Assembly: GCA_965223855.1 (NCBI GenBank)
Contig: CBDCXM010000009.1
Coordinates: forward strand, 992,001-1,056,000
Origin: Candidatus Multivoradales bacterium
GTDB taxonomy: Bacteria > Acidobacteriota > Thermoanaerobaculia > Multivoradales > JAHEKO01
Direction of reading: 5' to 3'
DNA length: 64,000 bases
Shown here: positions 28,462-38,236 of the stretch, in pieces
How positions within the stretch are numbered: the stretch's first letter is position 1
How the letters are laid out: every line of letters starts with the position of its first letter
The notes under the pieces: model-generated
Seen by the model: only the letters and a program-made list of their open reading frames with translations
Databases searched by the model: none
What the model was told of the DNA's origin: nothing
Program-made: the position numbers and the translations under genes

Positions 28462-28735
28462 CGCGATCGAAGCGCCGCTCCAGATCCTCTACTGTGAGTT
28501 CGACCCCCCCGCCGCCACCCACCTCCTCGAGAGCGGCGGCGAGTCTCTCGGCGTTGCGAGGCGAACGCAGCAGGTGCGCCGTCTCCTCCAGCCCGACCAG
28601 CTCGTCGACGCTCACCAGAGCCACGTCGGTACCGGACTTGCGGCGGACGAGGATCGGCTCGCCGTTTTCGGCCACCTCGTCGCAGTAGGACTTCAGGTGA
28701 GCACGCAGGTCGCTGTAGGTCGTGACCCTGAGCAT
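28442..28735 (-). CDS. yefM: Phd/YefM-family antitoxin
   Basis: MLRVTTYSDLRAHLK..LEETAHLLRSPRNAERL; overlaps yoeB. Confidence 0.93.
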   Translation of the reverse strand: MLRVTTYSDLRAHLKSYCDEVAENGEPILVRRKSGTDVALVSVDELVGLEETAHLLRSPRNAERLAAALEEVGGGGGVELTVEDLERRFDRDGRSQR

Positions 28736-28741
28736 GCTGGG

Positions 28742-28761
28742 ATTGTACAACAAACCGTACA
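28742..28761 (-). promoter_or_regulatory. yefM-yoeB -10 element and operator
   Basis: TACAAT -10 (28747-28742) 6 nt from the ATG; TGTACA (28744-28749) and CGTACA (28756-28761) cores 12 bp apart, as in the E. coli yefM operator. Confidence 0.75.
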
Positions 28762-28811
28762 GCTCGGTCGCTGCCGACGCCGATCGGCAGGCATCGCTGC
28801 GCGTGCTCCCT

Positions 28812-30545
28812 TCAGGACGAGCCGTTTCGCACCGGCATCGCCAGTGCGGCCATCTCTTCTGCATTCCGCACGTAGAGGCGGTCACCCACCAGCGCCGGGT
28901 GGTTCCAGGTCTTGCCTTCGATCGCTTGGAGGCGCGCCAGCTCTTCGAGCTTGTCGGGGTTGGTGCGCAGCAGCACGACCTCGCCCTTCTCCGAGAGCAC
29001 CAGCAACTGGCCGGCATCGGGCAGCAGCAGGACTTGGCCGTTGCCGTAGCGCCCCCCCTTCCAGCGCCGCTCGCCAGTCTCGAGATCGACGGCGGCGAGG
29101 ATGTTGGGGTCGAAGCCGTAAAGCACGCCGTCGTGGGCGACGTAGTCGTTGAAGCCCGACTTCATCGATCTCGACGTCCAGAGCGGCTCGGTCGTGAGGC
29201 TAGCGCCGCTGTCGCTGAAATCGACACGCCGGGTCCCCTCGAAGTCGCTCGTCATGAGGAGTGACGAGCGGCCCACCGAGAGCGGCTGCAGCACCCGGTA
29301 GTTGTTGTGCGGCCAGTCGTGTTTGCCGACCACCTTGCCGCTTGCCGGATCGATCAGGGTGAGCGCGGCGTCGCACACCTGGGCGACCACCTTGCGGTCG
29401 GCGACTTCCAGCAACTGCGGCGAGCTGTAGCTGTGGCCGCCGGCCGGGACTCCCCACCGGATCCGGCCGTCCTCCACGTCGTAGGCGATCGTCCCGCGAT
29501 CGCCCTCGCCGCCCGCGTGGACGACGACGACTCCCGCGACCACGAGGGGTGACGACGAGAAGCCCCAGGTCGGCGGCTCGCGGTCGGCGTCCTCGCGCAG
29601 ATCGGCCTGCCAAACGACCTTCCCGGTCGCCGGGTCGAGCCGGTGCAACAGCCCCTCGGCGCCCAGCGCGAACAGCATGCCGTCGGCGAGCGTCGGCGTT
29701 GCCCGAGGACCGGCACCGCCCAGCGACTCGAAGAAGCGCGAGCGGTACTCGCGCGCCCATATCTCGCCGCCGGTTTCGGTGTCGTAGGCGACGACGGCCT
29801 CGAACTCGCCGCGCTGCTCCTGGGTGAAGAGCCGCCGCCCGGCGACGGCGAACGATGACCAGCCGGGACCGATCGGTCTGCTCCACAGCATGCGCGGTGC
29901 CTCGGACTCCCAGTCCTCCGCCAGAGCGACCCCGCGAACCACACTGTCGCGATCCGATCCCCTGAACCCGGCCCAGTCGGCGGGAGGCACGGTGGTCGGC
30001 AGACCGGTCGCGGTGGCCGCTGCGTCGCGCCCGGCCAGATAGCGGTCCTCGGTCGTCGGCTCCCAGCGCCAGGCGCGCTGCGATTGGAAGTCACCCCAGA
30101 CTCCGTCCATCCGCATCAGGCACCAGAAGGCGCACGACAGCGCGACCGCAGCGAGCGCCACCGTGGTGCGCGAAAGCCGCGGCAGCCACTTCGAGCCCAC
30201 GAGACCCGCGACGAACGCCGTCCCCGCCCATGGCAGCACCATCGAGAGGACCGGGTAGTCGCGCATCGTCGGGTGGAGGAAGAACGCGGTCGCCACCAGC
30301 AGCACCACCACCCCGCCGAATCCCACCAGCTTCTCGCGTCGGGTTGCCCTGCTGCCCGCCACCCACCAGACGAAGATCAGGATCACACACAGCACCGGGC
30401 CGAGGAAGGCCGCCATGAAGACCGCCATCGGCGGCTCGGCGAAGAGCTTGGGCAGGAAGGCCAGGCCCCACTGCAGCGCCAGCAGCGTGAGGGCCGGCCA
30501 GAGACGAAGAGATGGAAGAGTTCGTGCGACGGGCTCTGAGGGCAT
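28812..30545 (-). CDS. membrane protein with PQQ-like (BamB-type) beta-propeller
   Basis: Five N-terminal TMs; WAGFRG..RD, GWSSFAV, GPRATP, GFSSSP, SYSSP, GKTWNHP. Confidence 0.85.
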   Translation of the reverse strand: MPSEPVARTLPSLRLWPALTLLALQWGLAFLPKLFAEPPMAVFMAAFLGPVLCVILIFVWWVAGSRATRREKLVGFGGVVVLLVATAFFLHPTMRDYPVLSMVLPWAGTAFVAGLVGSKWLPRLSRTTVALAAVALSCAFWCLMRMDGVWGDFQSQRAWRWEPTTEDRYLAGRDAAATATGLPTTVPPADWAGFRGSDRDSVVRGVALAEDWESEAPRMLWSRPIGPGWSSFAVAGRRLFTQEQRGEFEAVVAYDTETGGEIWAREYRSRFFESLGGAGPRATPTLADGMLFALGAEGLLHRLDPATGKVVWQADLREDADREPPTWGFSSSPLVVAGVVVVHAGGEGDRGTIAYDVEDGRIRWGVPAGGHSYSSPQLLEVADRKVVAQVCDAALTLIDPASGKVVGKHDWPHNNYRVLQPLSVGRSSLLMTSDFEGTRRVDFSDSGASLTTEPLWTSRSMKSGFNDYVAHDGVLYGFDPNILAAVDLETGERRWKGGRYGNGQVLLLPDAGQLLVLSEKGEVVLLRTNPDKLEELARLQAIEGKTWNHPALVGDRLYVRNAEEMAALAMPVRNGSS

Positions 30546-30739
30546 GCTGTCCTCCGATGGGTAGCGGTGTTCGCAAGGATGGTAGCCGAGTGAGAGGAGC
30601 ATCAGGTGTCTTTCCCGTCTCGAACGCGCTTCTCGCCCGAGCGTCCTGCCCTCAGGCTCTCCGTCGATTCGGCCGGAAACCTGACATATGATTCGCTTTC
30701 GCCTTACCTTTGATTTCACGAAAACCAAGGGAGCGCCTC

Positions 30740-31432
30740 ATGTCTCGAAGAGTTATCGCCTGGCTCTGTTGTGCCGTCCTGTCCACCTGTCTCGCCTCGG
30801 CCCAGAGCTTCTCCGTCGATCCGAACGGCAGCCCCGGCGAGTCGCAGATCCCGCTGTCGCCCGGCCCGACGACGATCACCCAGAGCACCGACACGACGAC
30901 GATCACCGCGCTCAACTCCGTGGCGTGCCCGATCGATGACGACAACTTCGCCCGTCGATTCGATCTCGATGGTGATCACTCCATCGTCGGCCAGTTCGAT
31001 GTTTCCTCCGTCGACTTCGCTGTCGAGAGCGGGACGATCGGCGCCAGCCTCACCGTCAATCTCTATTCGATCGCGGCCAGCGACCCTCTCCTGGTAGCCA
31101 ACCTCACCCTGATCGGGACGGCGACCATCTCGGCGACGACCGCGGGCCCGGGCTTCGAGACGGTGGCCGTGGCCGGATCGATCGCCGACCCCACGACGAC
31201 CGACCTCTATGTGGAAATCTTCGTTCCCGACTCCACCCAGGCGTTCGTGTTCTTCCCGGGTTCGAACGCCAATGGCCAGATCGCCCCGAACTACCTGAGG
31301 TCTGCGGGCTGCGGAGCGGACGAACCCACCGCGACCGGGGATCTCGGCTTCCCGGACATGCATCTCGTGATGCTGGTCGACGGCACCGAGAATCAGATTC
31401 CGGTGACGCTCCAGAGCGTCGAGATCGAGTAG
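30740..31432 (+). CDS. secreted beta-rich protein ending in PVTLQSVEIE
   Basis: AAGGGAG RBS, signal peptide, Thr/Ser-rich body. Confidence 0.75.
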   Translation: MSRRVIAWLCCAVLSTCLASAQSFSVDPNGSPGESQIPLSPGPTTITQSTDTTTITALNSVACPIDDDNFARRFDLDGDHSIVGQFDVSSVDFAVESGTIGASLTVNLYSIAASDPLLVANLTLIGTATISATTAGPGFETVAVAGSIADPTTTDLYVEIFVPDSTQAFVFFPGSNANGQIAPNYLRSAGCGADEPTATGDLGFPDMHLVMLVDGTENQIPVTLQSVEIE

Positions 31433-31452
31433 TTCGCAAGAGTCGGGAGCCT

Positions 31453-31474
31453 CGCGGCAGCTCGAGCTGCCGCG
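31453..31474. terminator. perfect 22-bp palindrome downstream of gene
   Basis: CGCGGCAGCTCGAGCTGCCGCG. Confidence 0.45.
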
Positions 31475-31625
31475 CATCAGGCGTCACGGGGTGAAGGCCC
31501 TGGCGGGGCTCTGACCGGCAGAACGGGTTCTCCGAGGTTGAGCCCGGGTAACGGCTCCGCTCGAGCCGCTACCCGGGCGGCCCGGTGCTATCGTCGGGTC
31601 ACAACCCAACCCAAGGAGGGCTTCC

Positions 31626-32021
31626 ATGTCCCAACGAACCGTGCTGGCTGCGGTTGCCGGAGCGATCGCTCTGTTCGTGCTCGGCTACCTCGTCTACGCT
31701 CTCGCTCTCGCCGACTTCTTCGCCGCGCAGGGCGCCGATACCCTCGAGAGTCCCAACCTCGTCTACATCTTCATCGGCGAACTCGCCTTCGCCGTGCTGC
31801 TGACGTTCCTCTTTTCGTACTGGGCGTCGATCTCGACCTTCGCCGGCGGGTTCAAAGGCGGCGCGATCGTCGGCGCGCTGGTCTCGCTGTCGATGGGCAT
31901 GATCATGATGGGTGCGATGGGGATGGGGACGCCGATCGGCGTCGTCGCCGACGTGGTGGCCTCGATCGTGCGGGTCGGCATCGCCGGCGGCGTGATCGGG
32001 GCGATGCTCGGTCGCAGCTAG
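31626..32021 (+). CDS. 4-TM membrane protein (DUF1761-like)
   Basis: AAGGAGG RBS, four hydrophobic helices. Confidence 0.75.
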   Translation: MSQRTVLAAVAGAIALFVLGYLVYALALADFFAAQGADTLESPNLVYIFIGELAFAVLLTFLFSYWASISTFAGGFKGGAIVGALVSLSMGMIMMGAMGMGTPIGVVADVVASIVRVGIAGGVIGAMLGRS

Positions 32022-32974
32022 CGCAGCGCAGCTTCGATCGCCCGCAAGAGCGGCGCCGGCTTCTCGTCGGCGTTCCACGTGTTCCAGGCGGGGAGATCTG
32101 CGGCGGCGAACTCTTCGTCGCTGATCTCCCCTCGGTCGCGTCTCGCGTCGACCCACTCGATCGAAGCCTGGAGCGCAGCGCGGTAGCGACGCACGTCTTC
32201 GACCGTCGAGACGGCGCCGAGGTCGCCGTGGCCGCCGACGATGAGTGCGTCGTCGGGAGCCAGTTCGAGCAGGCGATCGAGTGTTGCGAGAAGGCCCGGG
32301 AACGTGCCGCCGGAGATCGGCGCCGCGACCGCTCTGCGACCGCCGCCGAGGAAGACGTCGCCGGCGTGGATCACCCGCGCTTCCTCGAAGACCACCAACG
32401 CGTCACCCGCCGTGTGAGCGGGGCCGAAGTGCCGGAGCACGACACGCTCGCCGTTGAGCTCGATCTCGTCACGTTCGCGGAACGTGCGTCCCGGCACTGC
32501 GGCCGGCGGCAGCGGATCGGTCGCCGGCAGGAGCGGAAACGGCTCGAGTGAGCTCGCCATCTCCTGCGCCGCCCGTTCGTGAGCGATCCGCACCGCGCCG
32601 TCGGTGAAGACGACGTTGCCGCGCGTGTGGTCCGGGTGGGCGTGGGTGTTGACGACGAAGCGCACCGGTGTGCCGTGCTCCTCGAGCAGGGTGGAGATCT
32701 TCCCGGCGAGAGCGGCGCTCACCATCGGATCGACGATCAGGGCACCGTCGGGGCCGAGGCTCGCCAGCGACGCCACGTAGTCGAACGGCCGCTCGCCGTC
32801 GAGCGTCGCCTCGATCAGATGAACGGTGCCGCGCAGGGGCGTCATTCGGACCTCGGCGCGGGCGTCACGCGACTCCTGCAGGTAGCCGAGGATCGACCAG
32901 GCGTTCCACCAGGCGAGTGCCAGCAGAGCGAGACCCGCCAGTGCGATCGCGGCCAGAATCTTGAGGATCTTCAA
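32018..32974 (-). CDS. MBL-fold metallo-hydrolase (cyclase-like)
   Basis: NTHAHPDHTRGN, AHTAGD, HAGD, GGHG. Confidence 0.9.
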   Translation of the reverse strand: MKILKILAAIALAGLALLALAWWNAWSILGYLQESRDARAEVRMTPLRGTVHLIEATLDGERPFDYVASLASLGPDGALIVDPMVSAALAGKISTLLEEHGTPVRFVVNTHAHPDHTRGNVVFTDGAVRIAHERAAQEMASSLEPFPLLPATDPLPPAAVPGRTFRERDEIELNGERVVLRHFGPAHTAGDALVVFEEARVIHAGDVFLGGGRRAVAAPISGGTFPGLLATLDRLLELAPDDALIVGGHGDLGAVSTVEDVRRYRAALQASIEWVDARRDRGEISDEEFAAADLPAWNTWNADEKPAPLLRAIEAALR

Positions 32975-33136
32975 CGTCGACCTCCCTTGTCGAGTGGGCG
33001 CTTCGTTGCGCCCGCGGCTCGAAGCTAGGGCCGGCGGCTCCTCGACTCCAACAGCTTTGTTGCGAGCCGGATCCGGCCTGTTGTGGGCCGGACGCAGGCT
33101 GCAAGCGCGGCTCTGCAGATCGCGAGCTGTCGACGA

Positions 33137-33931
33137 TCAGGGTGCCGGCAGGGCGCGCTCGAACTCCGCTCGGAAGGTGCGACTCACCCGCACCCGGGTG
33201 CCGTCCTCGAGCACCACGCTGCCGTCACCGTGGCCGGTCGACTCCACCGCCCGGACGCGGGCGACATTGACCATTGCGGAGCGGTGGACCCGCGCGAAAC
33301 CGCTCGGCTCCAGCTCGTCGCTCAGCCGAGTAAGCGAGCGACGCACCAGCTCGCTGCTATCACCGAGGTGAAGACGTGCGTAGGAGCCCTCGGCCTCGAT
33401 CCAGTCGATCTCCCGCGCCGGCACGACCGTCGTCCGGCCGTGGCGGCGGATGGCGATCCCGCGTACCGGCGTCGCCGCGGGTCGAGCGGCGCGCGGCCGC
33501 CCGCGAGTCGCGAACCCGGCCGTCGCGATCAGCCCGTAGGCGAGCAACGCACCGACCAGATGCTCTCCGAAGACGTCGCGCAGGCTCTGCGGCCAGCCGT
33601 CCACCGTCATCGGTAGCGGCAGCGAGCGGAAGAGAGCGAGGTAGCCGAGATAGAGAAGTGTCGTTGTCGCCGCCAGCGCCAGGTGCAACCCGACCAACCT
33701 CGACCACGCAGCCTCGCGCCGGCTCAGACGGACGATCGGGATCGAGAAGACGAGCCACGGCAACCAGGCCAGCAGCGCCCCCGTCATCAGGTGATCCCAG
33801 CTCCGATCGGGGTCCCGAAGACTCGACTGCAGCGCCGACAGCGCGGCGAGCCCGAGCCACGCGACCAGGGCTACCAGCGGCCAGGAGGGTTCCCGCCGCA
33901 AGGGTCGGTCGAGGGTGGCCGAACGGGACAT
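33137..33931 (-). CDS. membrane-bound LytTR-family transcriptional regulator
   Basis: Four TMs then IDWIEAEGSYARLH..LEPSGFARVHRSAMVN..VSRTF. Confidence 0.85.
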   Translation of the reverse strand: MSRSATLDRPLRREPSWPLVALVAWLGLAALSALQSSLRDPDRSWDHLMTGALLAWLPWLVFSIPIVRLSRREAAWSRLVGLHLALAATTTLLYLGYLALFRSLPLPMTVDGWPQSLRDVFGEHLVGALLAYGLIATAGFATRGRPRAARPAATPVRGIAIRRHGRTTVVPAREIDWIEAEGSYARLHLGDSSELVRRSLTRLSDELEPSGFARVHRSAMVNVARVRAVESTGHGDGSVVLEDGTRVRVSRTFRAEFERALPAP

Positions 33932-34050
33932 CTCGCCCAGCCTATCCCCCGACGTTGCGGTTATGCCGCCTGGCCCGCCGACAGGTCACGGGGCCGTGAG
34001 CCGGGCGCCTCCAGGCCTGACTCAGAGCCGTCGCAGCAATGCCCGACCGG

Positions 34051-35130
34051 TCAGGGCAGCGTCGACGACCAGGCGGAGGTGTCTCCGCTTTCGAAGCCGT
34101 CGGCGAAGATGTCGCTCTCGATGACCGCCAGCTCGATGAAACGTGCACTGACGCCACTGATCTTCGTTTCCACAAGAGATCCGGAGGTCGTGATCTCGTA
34201 GACGCCGTCGCCGTTGGTGATCAGCAGATTGCCGTTGGGGAGCGGGTAGACGCCGCGGAAACCACCGAGGCCTGCCGGGACGATCGTGTCGAGCAGCGTC
34301 CCGGCTGCGTCGTAGACCAGAATCCCTTCCTGCGCTCCGATGAAGTTCGCGACGTAGACCGAAGCAACTCCCGGTGTGGTGACCCCCTCCACGACGTGGA
34401 TCTGCTCCGGGAAAGTATCGACCGTGGCGAAGAGGGCTCCTGAGGAGGCGCAGCCGGTGTAGGAGCGGATCTCGTCGGAATCGATGTTCCCGACCAGGCC
34501 GGCCGAGAGATCCACTCGGATGTTGACGTCGAACGCGCTGTCGATTCCGGTTGCGGCCGTCCAGCAGTCGAAGTCGAAGGCTCCGGTACTCGTGAACGAG
34601 GGTATGGTGTCCGTGCCGCCCGACGTGGCGAGATAGTTGTCCCCGAAAGGGTTGAGCTCGAAGCCGCGAGCGTTGTCGTACACCGACGTATCGACTCCGC
34701 CGGCCGGCGCGAAAAGGCCCAGCGGTGCGCCACCGAGGTCGAAGGCAAAGATGGCATCCTCGCTCTGGTCCGAGACAAGAATGCGACTGCCCTCGACGCT
34801 CAAGATGGCGTTGATGGGTAGGGAGAGGTCTCCACTCGCGGGGACGAAGTCGGGATCGATCAGGTCCCCTGTCATCGCATCAAACGCCATGACCCGGTTA
34901 TTGCTCGACTCAGGGATCAGCAGAATGCCGCCGGAACCGAGGGCTTCGAGCGCCTGCTGACGCCGCGCCGGATCGGGCCGCGTCTCGCGCGGTTCGGGTG
35001 CGCCCGGTAACTCGAGCCCTGACGCTTCGCGCACTTCGGCTTCGGTTGTCCGAGCCGTCTTGTCGGGCGTATAGGCGACCAGTACGGGAGCCAGGAGCAG
35101 GCCGAGCAAAGCTGCAGCGGTGCGAGTCAT
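34051..35130 (-). CDS. secreted beta-propeller protein with C-terminal IFADGFESGD tag
   Basis: Signal peptide, NHL/SMP30-like blades, terminal SDIFADGFESGDTSAWSSTLP. Confidence 0.8.
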   Translation of the reverse strand: MTRTAAALLGLLLAPVLVAYTPDKTARTTEAEVREASGLELPGAPEPRETRPDPARRQQALEALGSGGILLIPESSNNRVMAFDAMTGDLIDPDFVPASGDLSLPINAILSVEGSRILVSDQSEDAIFAFDLGGAPLGLFAPAGGVDTSVYDNARGFELNPFGDNYLATSGGTDTIPSFTSTGAFDFDCWTAATGIDSAFDVNIRVDLSAGLVGNIDSDEIRSYTGCASSGALFATVDTFPEQIHVVEGVTTPGVASVYVANFIGAQEGILVYDAAGTLLDTIVPAGLGGFRGVYPLPNGNLLITNGDGVYEITTSGSLVETKISGVSARFIELAVIESDIFADGFESGDTSAWSSTLP

Positions 35131-35316
35131 CGTTCCCCCTGTCGTTCAGATTGTCGGTGGACAGGAGTGTAGCGCACGGCCGTCGAGGCGGCGGCAGGAG
35201 CGTCGCTGGAGGATCGGAGCGAAGTCATCTGCTTGCCGGCAGAGGTAACGAAACCCACCGCCCCGCCGCCCATCTCACCGGCCCAGCTTCATGGCACACG
35301 TGCCGGGAGGTTTCCG

Positions 35317-38136
35317 ATGTTCCCCACCTCTCCCCTGCTGACGGTCTCGCCGCGCCGCCTCTTCACGGTCGGCGCCGCAGTCCTTCTCACCATCCTCGCA
35401 GCCGGTTGCGACCCCGGGCCGCCGCCTCACTCGGACGTCGAGGACTTCGTCGCCCCCGAGATCCTGCCACCCGAGCTGATCGATCGCCCCGCGGTGCGGG
35501 TGAACCCGCAGGCGCTTCCCGATGGAGCGACGGCGACCTACCCGGCCTCCGACGGCGACCCGTTCTTCGTCTCGCTGCCGGCTCGTGAGGTCGCGACGCT
35601 CGACGCCGCCGAAGTGGCCGACACGGTCGTCGCGCCGGTGCTCGAGGCGATCGGCTTCGAACCCGGCCTCGCCGCACTCGAGAGTTCGACCGAATCTGGG
35701 GTCTCCTTCCCCAGGGGCAGCTTCCAGCCGCTGGCGGACGAGATGATCGCCGAGGCATCGACCAACCGCGAGGCGCAGAGCCCGCGCACCCAGGAGATGC
35801 TCGAGGTGTTCGCCGGGGCGCCGTCGACGCCCGACGTCGACAAGGCGCTCGAGACCGGCGAGGGGGTGACCTTTGCCCAGTTCGTCGCCGGCATCGAGCG
35901 CGAGGAGATCGCCTACCCGTTTCTGCAGGTTCACGGCGGGGTGCCGATCGAGCACACCTCGGTCGTCGCGACCCGCTGGGAAGGCCAATCGATCACCTCG
36001 GTCTACGGCAGTGTGGTCTCGAACTTCAGCGTCGCCAACGCGGTGGCACTGTCGGAGTCGGACGCCGAGCGCGACGCCCCGCAGGCACTCACCTCCCTCG
36101 ACGGCGTCGACTGCCTCGACGACGTGGAGCGCCGGCGCTTCCACGCGCGCCGTGCCGCAGTCGACGACGACTCCTCGAGGCCGCTGCCCGAGTGCGGTGT
36201 CGTCGAGGACGGCCCCGCGCTGGTCCTGCTGGCCACCGGCCGGGACTCCGCCGGCGATGTCGAGCTTCGGCACGCCTACCGGATGATCGTCCGCATGGGG
36301 TACCAGGCGCCGATCGGCGTCCTCATGCCGGCACCGTTTCAGCTCTGGCTCGACGCTGAGACGGGCTCGCTGCTGAAGGTCCTGCCGCTGGTCCACAACG
36401 TGAACGGCCGCGGTGAGGTCTACACCCGCGACCCGGGCGTCGGCACCGCGGTGCGTGGCTTCGAGGTCGACGCGGCGGCGAGCGGTCTCTACGACCTCGA
36501 GCTGGCGAGCACGATCGACCGGATCGACTTCCAGGCCGACGGCTACAACGCCTCCGACGTCTCGATCTCCGACAGCTCGGGCGGCAGCAGCTCGACGCTG
36601 GCCAACTTCGACCAGGCGCCCCACAACAACGAGGCGCAGGCGCTGTGCGGCTCCGGCACCAACAAGGCGTTCCAGCAGATCAACGTCTTCGGCAAGCTCC
36701 ACCACTACACGGAGAGGGGCCGCGCGCTCGGCGTCTTCACCCCCTTCCCGCGCACCGGTGACTTCATCGTCGACGTCGAGGACGGCTCGTTCTGCAACGC
36801 CTTCAACTCCGGCGACTTCGTCAGCTTCGGTGCCTGCCAGGGATACTTCTCGGCGTCGTGCCCGAACCTGACCGGCACCGCGCTCACCGACCGCCGCATG
36901 AACCCGGCGCACGACAACACCGTGGCCGCTCACGAGCATGCCCACAGCCTGACGCCGCGCTTCACCAACGCCCGGCCGACCGACTGGTGCGGCATGCCGA
37001 CCTGCAACGTGCCCACCGGCTGGTCGGCGTTCCACGACCTCGCTGACATCTGGGCCGATCACTTCGAGTCGACCAACTGCACCGCCGGCTGGTACGCCAA
37101 GAACCAGGGCGGCGTCGACAACAGCCTCAACTGCGCCAACAGCAGCGAGGGCGGTGCCTTCCCTCGCCAGCACGTGGTCGAGACGCCGTTCGACTCCACC
37201 GATCCCCACGACCACTTCCCCGAGCACCGTACGCTCGCGACCGGTCCCTACGCAGAGATGCAGATGCCGACCGCCGCGGTGTGGCAGGTGCGCGCCGGCA
37301 TGCGCAGCAAATGCCGCTGGTCGGGGGTGCCGCAGTTCGGGGTTCGCTTCGCCCGCGCGTTGCGGCGTACGGGCTTCTTCGGCATCTCCGCACCGGGCAC
37401 CAACGACCAGGGGCTCTACCGCTACCTCTACGACCTCGAGCAGATGATGATGGACGAGTGGGCCACCGCCGGCTCCCCCGGCGGACCGCCCGCATTCCGG
37501 CACAACGGCGCCCACACCGCCAACAAGGTGGCGGCCGGCTTCGCTCGTACCGGGCTCTTCCTCATCCCCAATCAGTGCCTCGACTCCTCCGCCGCGACGA
37601 CCGATGCGACGGCCTGTTCCGGCGGCACCAATGGGGGCGACGCCGTGATCGACATCGACGACAACGACACCGCCGACGACTACCAGATCCACGGTGTGCC
37701 GTCCGCCGAGGTCGACTTCCTCGAACTCGGAGGCGCGTCGCCGACCTTCCACGTCTGGACCGGGCCGAGGTACCAGTTCAACGCCTCGGGCGCCGCGACC
37801 TTCCCCAACCCGTCGCTGTGCAACGCCGAGTTCCGGGTCGAGGTGTCGACCGACGTCGGCTTCGCTCCGGCCTCGACGGTCACGTCCGCCTGGACCGCTG
37901 TCGATCGTGATCCGACGACCGCGGCCAGCACCGAGTGTTACGGCACCTGGCAGCCGAGCGCCTCGGAATGGACGACCCTCCAGGCCGGAGGCGACGGCTC
38001 GCGGCTCTACTACCGGGCGAGCACTCGCGACAGTGTCGGCGGGAACGTCCGCACCTCGACGTCGCCGGGCGCCGGCATCTGGACGGTGCCGCCTCCCTAC
38101 GCCGTCATCACTTCGGACGGACGCTCGGACTACTGA
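35317..38136 (+). CDS. large lipoprotein, thermolysin/M36-like metallopeptidase architecture
   Basis: LAAGC lipobox; propeptide-like FLQVHGGVPIE and WLDAETGSLL; CNAF, VAAHEHAH, DLADIWA. Confidence 0.7.
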   Translation: MFPTSPLLTVSPRRLFTVGAAVLLTILAAGCDPGPPPHSDVEDFVAPEILPPELIDRPAVRVNPQALPDGATATYPASDGDPFFVSLPAREVATLDAAEVADTVVAPVLEAIGFEPGLAALESSTESGVSFPRGSFQPLADEMIAEASTNREAQSPRTQEMLEVFAGAPSTPDVDKALETGEGVTFAQFVAGIEREEIAYPFLQVHGGVPIEHTSVVATRWEGQSITSVYGSVVSNFSVANAVALSESDAERDAPQALTSLDGVDCLDDVERRRFHARRAAVDDDSSRPLPECGVVEDGPALVLLATGRDSAGDVELRHAYRMIVRMGYQAPIGVLMPAPFQLWLDAETGSLLKVLPLVHNVNGRGEVYTRDPGVGTAVRGFEVDAAASGLYDLELASTIDRIDFQADGYNASDVSISDSSGGSSSTLANFDQAPHNNEAQALCGSGTNKAFQQINVFGKLHHYTERGRALGVFTPFPRTGDFIVDVEDGSFCNAFNSGDFVSFGACQGYFSASCPNLTGTALTDRRMNPAHDNTVAAHEHAHSLTPRFTNARPTDWCGMPTCNVPTGWSAFHDLADIWADHFESTNCTAGWYAKNQGGVDNSLNCANSSEGGAFPRQHVVETPFDSTDPHDHFPEHRTLATGPYAEMQMPTAAVWQVRAGMRSKCRWSGVPQFGVRFARALRRTGFFGISAPGTNDQGLYRYLYDLEQMMMDEWATAGSPGGPPAFRHNGAHTANKVAAGFARTGLFLIPNQCLDSSAATTDATACSGGTNGGDAVIDIDDNDTADDYQIHGVPSAEVDFLELGGASPTFHVWTGPRYQFNASGAATFPNPSLCNAEFRVEVSTDVGFAPASTVTSAWTAVDRDPTTAASTECYGTWQPSASEWTTLQAGGDGSRLYYRASTRDSVGGNVRTSTSPGAGIWTVPPPYAVITSDGRSDY

Positions 38137-38236
38137 TCGGCCTCGACCGGGTCGGCGTCCGGGAGTCGACAGCCTGGGCGTCGGCCCGGCCCGTGGGGAA
38201 GGCCGGGTTCGAGCAAGCTTGCGATCGAACGTCGGA

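Noticed and set aside
35275-37752. 825-aa ORF on the minus strand
   Set aside because: Antisense shadow of the metallopeptidase lipoprotein. The same applies to 15841-17544, 49482-51164, 59055-60584 and 61757-63412.
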